Shown one piece after another: positions 40,366 to 48,732 of a stretch of 64,000 bases of DNA; the stretch's first letter is position 1, and each line of letters opens with the position of its first letter. The notes beneath the pieces are model-generated. The model was not told the origin of the DNA and searched no databases. It saw only the letters and a list, made by a program, of their open reading frames with translations. The stretch is from an uncultured Candidatus Saccharibacteria bacterium. Lineage in GTDB: Bacteria; Patescibacteriota; Doudnabacteria; UBA920. Location of the stretch: NCBI GenBank assembly GCA_964436545.1, contig CAYTCJ010000006.1, forward strand, positions 4,729 to 68,728. Direction: 5' to 3'. A program made the position numbers and the translations under genes.

Positions 40366-40995
40366 TTATTTTAATCCTTTTGCTTCCAAATATTTTTTCC
40401 CATGGCCGACTTGAGTGTTAATGGGCACCCCGGCCTCACACAAGGGGCATTCGCCATCTTTAAAAGTGGGTACCTCAAACTCATCTAAAGGTAAAAATTT
40501 TGTCCCGAAGAATTCCGCATTCACAATTTTCGGACTGCGGTTAACCATCACCGACACCGCCACCACTTCCCCGCCGACTACCTTAACCGCTTCCACCACT
40601 TTTTTGGCTGACTCGCCGGTAGTAGTTAAATCTTCTACCACATAAACTTTCTTACCGGTGATGAATTTATCGTACCCTCTGGTAAAAGCCATACCCCCTT
40701 CTGCGGTTTTTTCCGTATACACTCCGAAAACTTCTCGATTGGTTAAAAGAGTTAAGTGATGCGCGGTCCAAGTAGAAAGAATAATTCCTCCCAAAGCTGG
40801 ACCCACAACAACTTCCACCCCTAAATCCTTGACCTTTTCTGCAAATAATTTACACACTTCTGAGGTGTCCTCAGTATGCGGGTAAAGCGCATCTTTATTT
40901 ATGTAAGTGGCAAAATGCGCGCCACTGGTGCCCACAAAATGACTGTCCGTTATCACTGCCCCACTTTTTTTTAACAAATCTAAGACTTTACTCAT
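40366..40995 (-). CDS. pyrE: Orotate phosphoribosyltransferase
   Basis: HFVGTSG, GPALGG, VVEDLTTTGES; operon with pyrF and pyrD. Confidence 0.88.
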   Translation of the reverse strand: MSKVLDLLKKSGAVITDSHFVGTSGAHFATYINKDALYPHTEDTSEVCKLFAEKVKDLGVEVVVGPALGGIILSTWTAHHLTLLTNREVFGVYTEKTAEGGMAFTRGYDKFITGKKVYVVEDLTTTGESAKKVVEAVKVVGGEVVAVSVMVNRSPKIVNAEFFGTKFLPLDEFEVPTFKDGECPLCEAGVPINTQVGHGKKYLEAKGLK

Positions 40996-41042
40996 AAATT
41001 TTTTATATTTAGGACTTACTGGTGCGTAAGTCCTAGTATTAA

Positions 41043-41438
41043 TTACTTTGCATTTTTATCATCTTGAATCATCCCAAAAATATTCCCCTCTATATCTTTA
41101 TAGTACCCGAGCCACGCCATGCCGGGAATGGGCATAATGGGCAGAGCTTCGCTCCCACCTAAACTTTTTACTTTTTCCGCCATAGCTTTAATGTCCGCCA
41201 CCGTGATAGTGCATACATAAGCATTCACGGCTTGACCCTCAGTTGGTTTCGCCCCCATCCTTTTTACCATCCCCCCGTTTATCCCCCCAGCTTCAGTTTG
41301 CGGTCCGGTCATTATTACCCAATAATCCATTTTATCACTTTCCCACTTTTTTATTTCCCAACCAAAAACTTCCCTATAAAACCCAGCTAACTTTTCTATA
41401 TCTTCGGCATGGATTTCGAAATGTGCAACTCTATTCAT
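41043..41438 (-). CDS. VOC/glyoxalase family protein
   Basis: VAHFEIHA..FYREVFGW..D.EGNIFG. Confidence 0.9.
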   Translation of the reverse strand: MNRVAHFEIHAEDIEKLAGFYREVFGWEIKKWESDKMDYWVIMTGPQTEAGGINGGMVKRMGAKPTEGQAVNAYVCTITVADIKAMAEKVKSLGGSEALPIMPIPGMAWLGYYKDIEGNIFGMIQDDKNAK

Positions 41439-41467
41439 AAATTAGTTAATCTTAATGATAAAAAACT

Positions 41468-42418
41468 TTATTTTAATTTCCAACTGTGCGATTTATAAAA
41501 AATAAAAATAATGGCGACCGCATAAATTAACAAATCTTCCACTTCCCACACTCCCGATTGAATCGCCATAGTGGTAACTGAGGTGGCAAAGAAACCGGCC
41601 ATCACCACTGTGTTAATTCTAATTATAAAACCCAAAACATACAACAGACCAAATATGGTTTCCATAAAACCGGCACTCAGCACAAAAAGCTGATTAGAAA
41701 AATTAAACCCCAACATTTTTACAAAATTCCAATTATGTTCGTTTAAAAACTGCAAAGCCAATTCCGGGTGTAACAATTTTTCGGTAAAGGCTAAAACCAC
41801 TAAAGACACCCCGGCGCCCGTGCGTAATATGGGCACTGCCCAAGCTTGGTAAACGAATAATTTATGAGTTTCGGACAACTCACTTAAATATATAAACAGG
41901 GCAATGGCTAAAAGCAATAAATTTTCCAAATAAAATTCTATACCTCCCAACCCACCGGCCACTAAATACAAACCACCTAGAGCCAGACCTGCCCATTTTG
42001 GGTAAACATTAACAATTAACATTACCCCAATTATGCCTTGTGCAACTTGCAAAACTTGTTGCCATAAACCACTCACGGGAATTTGTGGCACTAAAATAAT
42101 TTGCCAAAACCCACTGATTACCACTAAAAATATTCCCACTAAAATTTTAAAAATTCTATAAATGGCCTTTTGGTTTTTCTCCCCAAACTCTAAAATTTTT
42201 TTCGGTTCCTTTAACTTATGGTTCAAAACTTTCGCTAAGCCAATCAGCAATAACGTTACCACCACCCAAACTCCCACGGGCTTAGACCACCAACTAAAAA
42301 ACTCTATGGTCTGATTGGAGGCTTTGACTGCCTCTACATCCACAAACCATTTAATGTGTGCCAAAGCCACTTGCGGTAAACTGAAGGCGAGAACTAAACC
42401 TAAAAAAAACTTTTTCAT
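41468..42418 (-). CDS. DoxX-like polytopic membrane protein
   Basis: AHIKWF N-terminus, AFTEKL..P, multiple TMs. Confidence 0.7.
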   Translation of the reverse strand: MKKFFLGLVLAFSLPQVALAHIKWFVDVEAVKASNQTIEFFSWWSKPVGVWVVVTLLLIGLAKVLNHKLKEPKKILEFGEKNQKAIYRIFKILVGIFLVVISGFWQIILVPQIPVSGLWQQVLQVAQGIIGVMLIVNVYPKWAGLALGGLYLVAGGLGGIEFYLENLLLLAIALFIYLSELSETHKLFVYQAWAVPILRTGAGVSLVVLAFTEKLLHPELALQFLNEHNWNFVKMLGFNFSNQLFVLSAGFMETIFGLLYVLGFIIRINTVVMAGFFATSVTTMAIQSGVWEVEDLLIYAVAIIFIFYKSHSWKLK

Positions 42419-42436
42419 ATTTTTATTTTAAAAAAT

Positions 42437-42492
<56 letters not shown>

Positions 42493-42523
42493 TTCAACCC
42501 CGCACCAAAATCATATTATTAGA

Positions 42524-42616
42524 TGGCGGAAGGGGTGGGATTTGAACCCACGGTCCCGATAATCTCGGGACAGCGCGTTTCGAGTGCGCCGCACTAGACC
42601 ACTATGCGACCCTTCC
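42524..42616 (-). tRNA. tRNA-Ser(CGA)
   Basis: GGAAGGG..CCCTTCC-GCCA, long variable arm, loop CTCGAAA. Confidence 0.9.
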
Positions 42617-42770
42617 TATTTTACTAACATATAACTAACTTACTGTCAGCTGATTACTTATTATAGTATAAACAAAAACCCAAAGCTTGTCAGCTTTGGG
42701 GTGTTTAATAAAAAACACTCGCCCGCATTACTGTGTTTCACCTACAGAGTTATTAAAAATTAATGAAACA

Positions 42771-43961
42771 CTATAATTTATTAGATTTAAACTTAGATCC
42801 ATTTAAATTACTCAAAACGCTAGATTCAAAATACCGATTAGCTTGTCTGGTTTGTTGATGTTTTTCCTGAGCCAACTTAATTAAGCTATTCAACAATTCC
42901 GGTAAATCCACTCCGCTAGCTTGCCATAAATGATGATAAAGCGTACCGGGCAAAGGATTCACTTCGTTAGCAAAAAATTCTTGAGTTTGTCGGTTAATTA
43001 AAAAATCCACTCTGGCAATCCCGCTACACTCTAATAATTTATAAACCGCAATGGCTGTCTGTTTAATTTTTTCCGTCATTGCCTCACTTACCCTTGCAGG
43101 GATAACCACGCTCCTTTGGCTTTTGCCGGTTTGCGCCCCGCCATCGGTTAAATATTTATCTTCAAAGCTAAACAAATCCATACTATATAAAGACTCCTGA
43201 AGCTCCGAGGGTTTAACCTCCCTATTACCCATTAAACAACAAGTAACATCCATTAAATTTTCCACCACCTCCTCTACGACCACTTTTTCATCGTAATAAA
43301 AAGCTACTTCTAATTTTTGAACCAATTGCTGTTCGTCTTTCGCCTTACCAATCCCAATAGACGAACCCAAATGCGCCGGCTTCACCATAAGTGGAAACTT
43401 TAATGATTGGCTGATTTTCTGATGCACTGCTTGCTGATGTGTTTGCCAGTCATGTTTATTAAAATACACAAATTTAGTCGTGGGAATTCCGGCATCTCGC
43501 ATTAAAATTTTGGTCAAAGCTTTATCCATAGCAATGGCCGAGGCTGGCACCCCACAACCTACATACGGCACCCCTAACATTTCCAACATGCCTTGTATGG
43601 TGCCATCTTCCCCGTATGTTCCATGAAACGCCGGAAACGCCAAATCAATGGTAATGGTTTTTCCCAAGATGCCTTTTTTCTTAAACACCAACTTACCCAG
43701 AGACTCTTGCATATCCAAATAATATTCCGCGTATTGAGAATTTTCTTCAACTTTATTATTCGGATCCGCAAACATTTTTAAATTTCCCAATTCCTCCCCG
43801 AGCATCCATTTTCCGGCTTTGGAAATATACACCGGAACTACCGAATAGTTTAACCCCTTAAGGCCACCAATAATTAACTGGGCGGTAATTATGGAAATAT
43901 CATGTTCCACACTTCCGGAGCCAAAAAACACACCAATATTTTTGAATGAATTATGAGTCAT
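42771..43961 (-). CDS. ddl: D-alanine-D-alanine ligase
   Basis: GSVEHDIS, HGTYGEDGTIQG, GSSIG, RVDF, NEVNPLPG. Confidence 0.94.
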   Translation of the reverse strand: MTHNSFKNIGVFFGSGSVEHDISIITAQLIIGGLKGLNYSVVPVYISKAGKWMLGEELGNLKMFADPNNKVEENSQYAEYYLDMQESLGKLVFKKKGILGKTITIDLAFPAFHGTYGEDGTIQGMLEMLGVPYVGCGVPASAIAMDKALTKILMRDAGIPTTKFVYFNKHDWQTHQQAVHQKISQSLKFPLMVKPAHLGSSIGIGKAKDEQQLVQKLEVAFYYDEKVVVEEVVENLMDVTCCLMGNREVKPSELQESLYSMDLFSFEDKYLTDGGAQTGKSQRSVVIPARVSEAMTEKIKQTAIAVYKLLECSGIARVDFLINRQTQEFFANEVNPLPGTLYHHLWQASGVDLPELLNSLIKLAQEKHQQTRQANRYFESSVLSNLNGSKFKSNKL

Positions 43962-44020
43962 AAATTTTGAATTTGGCTTTAAAAATTTTTGTCATTTTTA
44001 TTATTTTAAACTTTTGTCAT

Positions 44021-45835
44021 TTATATATACTGGTCGCCCCAATCGTTTTGAAACAAAATAACATCATTCGGCTGTAAAAGATTTTTTAATTCCGCATGAG
44101 CTTGTTCTGCACTATTAAACCATATAATAATTGGTAAGTTGTAAGTTGTAAGTTGTAAGTTCTCTCTCTTGCTTAATTCATAATTCTTAATTCCTAATTC
44201 TATGTATCCAGTTACGCTATTCCTAATAAGTATAACCACATCTGCCACCTTTGCCAACTGCTTGCCAATCTCTAAATGGACTGTTTTTACTTCACTCCCT
44301 GTTTCCACCAACCCCGGAGTAATATAAATTTTTCTTCGGTTAGGAAACTGAGCCAAAGTTTTTATGGCTTCTTTGACCCCAACTGAATTCCCATTATACG
44401 CATCATCAATCACCAAAATATTTCCCGGTCTTAAAATAGGTTCTAAACGATGCTTCACAGGTTGAATTTTTTCTATACCTTGTTTGATTGCTTCGTTACT
44501 CATACCCAACTCTCTCGCTATGCTTATAGCGCAGTCCACATCTCCAAGTGCATACTCTCCAAGTAATTTTACAAAAATTTTCACTCCCTTTCCTTCTTCT
44601 CCTGAATTAAAGTTTCCTCTTTCTCCTTCTTCTCCTGAATTAAAGTCTCCTCTTTCTCCTTCCCGCCGTGAATTAGAGCTTTCTCTTTCTCCTTCTTTTT
44701 CTGAATTAAAGTTTCCTCTTTCTCTTTCTTCTCCTGAATTAGAGCTTTCTCTTTCTCCTTCCCCTCCTATATTAGTGTTGCCCCTCGCTTCTTCCCCCCC
44801 TATATTAGGGGGGGTTAGGGGGGGTATTTCCAATTCCCAACCTAATCTCACTGCATCAAACTTTGCATGTTTGATATTTGATATTTGATATTTGATATTT
44901 TTTTGCTTGGGTAAAATATAATTTTGATAATTCTCCACAACATTTTCATCGTCCCCATTTAATAAACAGAGTGCATCCGCTTTGGCATTTTGCACAATTT
45001 CAAAAATGGTTTGCGTAACTGCTTTTATACTGCCCATTCTTTCCAAATGCGCTTCGCTAATCCCTGTCACTACCGCCATATCCGGTTTCACCAAACTGCA
45101 AATGGCTTTTATGTCGCCTTTGTAGTGCTCCCCCATTTCGATAATAGCAATTTCAATATTTTCTTCTCCCTTTAGGGGAGAAGGTGCCTGCGGGGCAGAT
45201 GAGGGGTTGGGGGCATTAAAATTTTTCAACACCCACCTCGCTATCCCGACCGGCGTATTCACACTCTCCGGTGTGGCAAACACCTGAAACCTCAAACCCA
45301 AAACCGCTTTCAAAACTTCCTTCATAGTCGTCTTACCATAACTTCCGGCAATCCCAATAATCGACAGCTCTTTACGGGCTGTCGCCCCGGGCGAGTGCAT
45401 CCGAGACCCGAGATCCGGTGCCACAGTCAAACTTTGAATTTTTGATTTAGCCTTATAAATAATTACCTGTTTTAATAACCAATCCACTGGCCATAAAATT
45501 ACTATCCCGATTAAATAAAAAATAAAAAATAAAAAATAAAAAATTAACAAATAAACAAACCCTAAAAACCATAATTCATAATTCTTAATTCCTAATTCTG
45601 GCAAGCGGTCTAAAAACTTCCAGAAAATTAACCATGGCAGAGTTAGATAAAGCCCGATTGCCAATAACAAAATTAGGGTCGCTTTTCCTGTCCAGACTAA
45701 ACTCTTTCTCATGGGCGCCTTGGGTGGAAAATACCCTTTTTGCCGGAGTAACTTTAAATACCGTCCCAGCTCGTAATTTTCCAGCTGTAAAAGATAAAGT
45801 TGATATTTAATGATTTTTATAAGATTTACTAACAT
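44021..45835 (-). CDS. murF: MurF-type Mur ligase with multiple in-frame repeat inserts
   Basis: IAGSYGKTTMKE, EMG, HRLE, IDDAYN; next to ddl. Confidence 0.88.
   Translation of the reverse strand: MLVNLIKIIKYQLYLLQLENYELGRYLKLLRQKGYFPPKAPMRKSLVWTGKATLILLLAIGLYLTLPWLIFWKFLDRLPELGIKNYELWFLGFVYLLIFYFLFFIFYLIGIVILWPVDWLLKQVIIYKAKSKIQSLTVAPDLGSRMHSPGATARKELSIIGIAGSYGKTTMKEVLKAVLGLRFQVFATPESVNTPVGIARWVLKNFNAPNPSSAPQAPSPLKGEENIEIAIIEMGEHYKGDIKAICSLVKPDMAVVTGISEAHLERMGSIKAVTQTIFEIVQNAKADALCLLNGDDENVVENYQNYILPKQKNIKYQISNIKHAKFDAVRLGWELEIPPLTPPNIGGEEARGNTNIGGEGERESSNSGEERERGNFNSEKEGERESSNSRREGERGDFNSGEEGERGNFNSGEEGKGVKIFVKLLGEYALGDVDCAISIARELGMSNEAIKQGIEKIQPVKHRLEPILRPGNILVIDDAYNGNSVGVKEAIKTLAQFPNRRKIYITPGLVETGSEVKTVHLEIGKQLAKVADVVILIRNSVTGYIELGIKNYELSKRENLQLTTYNLPIIIWFNSAEQAHAELKNLLQPNDVILFQNDWGDQYI
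44585..44826. repeat. About six 30-bp tandem units plus family A palindrome within murF
   Basis: Unit approximately tctttctccttcttctcctgaattaaagttt; encodes (N/S)GEEGERGNF-like 10-aa repeats. Confidence 0.85.
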
Positions 45836-45846
45836 ATCTTTTTCGA

Positions 45847-45873
45847 GTGGACAATTCGCGCGAATTGTCCACT
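45847..45873. repeat. REP-like palindrome
   Basis: gtggacaattcgcgcgaattgtccac. Confidence 0.65.
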
Positions 45874-46733
45874 AAATAAATTTAGCTAAAATTTTTACAA
45901 ACTCCTCAGGCTGATCCAAAAAACTATAATGTCCGGCATTCTTTAAAATTAGCAATTGGGAATTGGGAATTAAAAAATTCATTCGCTTCCCAAAAGCAAT
46001 TGGCGTATCCTTGTCGTCCTCGCCGGTAATTATCAAAGTTGGGATTGTAATATCCTTCATATCCTTACTTAAATCTTCGTTCACCACTTTTAAAAAAGTT
46101 TCCTTTAACGCGGGTAGAGCTAAATAATCTTCTGCCCCCAGGCTATGATAAATTTTTTTTCTCAAACCTTGCATGAATCCCGGTTTAAAAATCGGTTTAA
46201 TAATTTTAGCCACAACGCCCATTAAATTTTTTTTCCAGGCTGATGTAACAAACCCAGCGCTATCAACTAAAACCAATTTTAATATCACCCCCTGTCCCCC
46301 TCTTATTTTAAGAGGGGGGAACGGATTCGGGAGATTTGACATAGCGCACAGCTTAATTCCTACCCGCCCACCAAAACTGTGCCCCACTATAATGACATTT
46401 TTTAATGCCAACTTTTCTATAAACGCTTTGACAATTTCCGCGTAATCCCCCACACTCATTCCGTATTTTATTTCCTCTCCCTTGTGGGGAGGGTTAGAGC
46501 CTGCCCTGAGCGATAGCCGAATGGGGAGGGGGGAATCTCCAAACCCCGGCAAATCCAAAGCATAAATTGTGTACTGCTGATTTACTGACTGGCTAATTAA
46601 CTTACTAACTTCCCCCCACACTTCCTTACTACTCCCCCAACCATGCAAAAACAACAAACACTTATCGCCTGTCGATTGTGTGCCTACATAACTAATTAAT
46701 TGGTTATTGATAATTATTTGATTTTTTTCCATA
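45872..46733 (-). CDS. Alpha/beta hydrolase with two palindromic inserts
   Basis: FLHGWG, DLPGFG, GHSFGG, AGH; start probably MEKNQ (46733). Confidence 0.9.
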
Positions 46734-46870
46734 AACATATAATACATTGCCCAATAGCTATTTACAATATATAATATCCAAGTAAAAATGGAATGTAGCA
46801 TACTGGGGGGTACACACGCCCTGTCCCATTAAATATTTTTCATTATTCATGATATTCTGCTGGTGCACTA

Positions 46871-46944
46871 CGGGATGTAGTATACCGGTAGTACGCGCGC
46901 TTCGGGTGCGCGAAGACAGGGTTCAATTCCCTGCATCCCGACCA
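46871..46944 (+). tRNA. tRNA-Pro(CGG)
   Basis: CGGGATG..CATCCCG-ACCA, loop TTCGGGT. Confidence 0.92.
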
Positions 46945-46966
46945 GCAGAATATAATGAATATTTAA

Positions 46967-47048
46967 TGGGATATAGATGCGTGAAAACTTAGGGGTTTCC
47001 GCCAAAAGTGGATCCCGCTTTGCAGGACAATTCCCTGCATCCCGACCA
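46967..47048 (+). pseudogene. Degenerate tRNA-Pro copy with T-loop insertion
   Basis: Last 21 nt identical to the intact tRNA; tccgccaaaagtggatcccgctttgcagga lies between gggtt and caattccc. Confidence 0.7.
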
Positions 47049-47112
47049 AAGAAAAAGACCTTAAATTATTTAAGGTCTTTTTCTTTGCAATACTCAGTAT
47101 TGAATACATATG

Positions 47113-47186
47113 TGGTGGACCTGGGGGGAATCGAACCCCCGACTAATCCATGCCATGGATCCGTATTACCATTATACTACAGGCCC
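47113..47186 (-). tRNA. tRNA-Ala(GGC)
   Basis: GGGCCTG..CAGGTCC-ACCA with G3:U70, loop ATGGCAT. Confidence 0.92.
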
Positions 47187-47241
47187 TTAATTAACTGGTA
47201 GCTACTTACAACTCACTAATCCCTAAATGCTATCCCCTATT

Positions 47242-47502
47242 TTACCTTACTTTTCTTACCTGTTCAAGTGTCTCTTGCCACATAGTTTGAAATTGCACAG
47301 CTTGTTTTTTAAAACCCGGAATCACTCCCATAGTGTTTAATAGCCACCCCACTAAGGCCACGGCAATTACCACTCCCAAAATACTGCCAATCCCATGGAG
47401 CACTCCCCTAACAAAAGCGCGCCACAAGCTTTCGGTTTTATGGAAAATGCCCACTAAACTGCGGTTAATTTTTTCTAATTCGGTTTTTAATTCAGGGTCC
47501 AT
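47242..47502 (-). CDS. Small membrane protein (DUF5665-like)
   Basis: FVRGVLHGIGSILG single TM. Confidence 0.7.
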   Translation of the reverse strand: MDPELKTELEKINRSLVGIFHKTESLWRAFVRGVLHGIGSILGVVIAVALVGWLLNTMGVIPGFKKQAVQFQTMWQETLEQVRKVR

Positions 47503-47515
47503 TTTATTTTCTTTA

Positions 47516-47929
47516 TTAATTTTGTCTTTCTAAAATTTGTGAATATTTTGTTTTATGTTTCCACAATAAATACAAATTAATTAGCCAAAATACATTTCCC
47601 AACAAGGCACCAGAAGTAAAGGCTCCACCATCAATCACCCAATGAAACGCTACAATATTTACAGTAATTGGTAAAACTAAAATGGCAGACAAGGCTTCTC
47701 TACGAGTCCAAAGCGCCCACAACGCTAAAGCGTTTACTACTGCCATTATAACATTAATATATTGAATTTCAGCTAAAATCTTAATAAACTCAAACGCCTT
47801 TGGGGTGTTATACATATCCGGCGCAGGTGCTGGGACAAAGCCTAAATGACTACCCACAATCCCAACCAATGACATAAGTAAAATGAGACTAAAAACTATT
47901 TTTAAAGCCACGTATATTTTTTGATTCAT
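47516..47929 (-). CDS. DoxX-like membrane protein
   Basis: 4 TM; PITVNIVAFH motif. Confidence 0.7.
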   Translation of the reverse strand: MNQKIYVALKIVFSLILLMSLVGIVGSHLGFVPAPAPDMYNTPKAFEFIKILAEIQYINVIMAVVNALALWALWTRREALSAILVLPITVNIVAFHWVIDGGAFTSGALLGNVFWLINLYLLWKHKTKYSQILERQN

Positions 47930-47958
47930 AATATTACTACTATATTAGTTATTAATTC

Positions 47959-47978
47959 TGGTGCCCTCGGAGGGAATT
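47959..47978 (-). pseudogene. 3' terminal fragment of a tRNA (probably Arg)
   Basis: aattccctccgagggcacca = T-stem 3' strand, acceptor strand and CCA. Confidence 0.6.
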
Positions 47979-47993
47979 TCACCTCGACACTTA

Positions 47994-48068
47994 TGGTATC
48001 CTCACCAGGAGTCGAACCTGGATCTAAACGTTAGGAGTGTTTTGTTCTATCCGTTGAACTATGAGGAC
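47994..48068 (-). tRNA. tRNA-Arg(CCT)
   Basis: GTCCTCA..TGAGGAT-ACCA, T-arm CCAGG-TTCGACT-CCTGG, loop CTCCTAA. Confidence 0.88.
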
Positions 48069-48690
48069 AAATAATACTAGCAACTTGTTTATTTATAGCA
48101 AAGATAGTCTTTAATATCAAACCACTTTTTTTTACTCTAACTCTACACATACCATATTTTAACTTTCCTATTTTTTTGCCTTTTAAAATATTAATACTTA
48201 CCCTCTCTTTTAAATTTAATCCGGTAACTAATGACCAGAAATTTATGCAATTGTCTTGATTCAAATCCTCATAAACCCTAATTGATACTTTAAAATCACT
48301 GTTAGACACATTAAAATCTTTACGCAAAATTTGCATAAAAGTCTCAACCATCACCGGGTCTGTGTTAGTAAAACTTAAATCTTTCTTGTTGCCTTCCGCC
48401 CAATACAGCGCACAAGCGACCAAGATCCTATCTTTAGCATCTAGAGTGGAAATCAAACGCTTAGCCTTTTCATGTGCGATAACCCAAGCCTTTTCTGATA
48501 TAATCCTACTAGGTTTCCTTCGTTCCAGCCAACGATTTAAAAATTCAGGCAATATCTCAACCATTCTTGAATATCTTAATGCTGTTGATTTTGATATCCC
48601 TAAAATACGACTAATCTCCGGAATACTATGACCGGTCTTCCTTAATTCAAAAATTTTATCTTTTGTTTCTATCTTTAGTAGTCTTGGCAT
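48031..48690 (-). CDS. HTH plus LAGLIDADG-like domain protein overlapping tRNA-Arg
   Basis: N-terminal HTH (GHSIPEISRILGISKSTA); ACALYWAEG..LSFTNTDP motif; last 38 nt lie within the tRNA. Confidence 0.75.
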   Translation of the reverse strand: MPRLLKIETKDKIFELRKTGHSIPEISRILGISKSTALRYSRMVEILPEFLNRWLERRKPSRIISEKAWVIAHEKAKRLISTLDAKDRILVACALYWAEGNKKDLSFTNTDPVMVETFMQILRKDFNVSNSDFKVSIRVYEDLNQDNCINFWSLVTGLNLKERVSINILKGKKIGKLKYGMCRVRVKKSGLILKTIFAINKQVASIICPHSSTDRTKHS

Positions 48691-48732
48691 AAGTCAATCT
48701 TAACAAATAATTTAAAATCGTTCCGGTATTAT

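Noticed and set aside
44585-44800. Possible CRISPR array
   Set aside because: Units are contiguous 30-bp coding repeats with no unique spacers, and there are no cas genes.
46924-47048. attL/attR of a prophage or island (21-bp direct repeat)
   Set aside because: Only ~80 bp lies between the copies and there is no integrase; the second copy reads better as a degenerate tRNA-Pro.
46977-47201. 74-aa ORF
   Set aside because: It is a translation of a pseudo-tRNA, a repeat and antisense tRNA-Ala.
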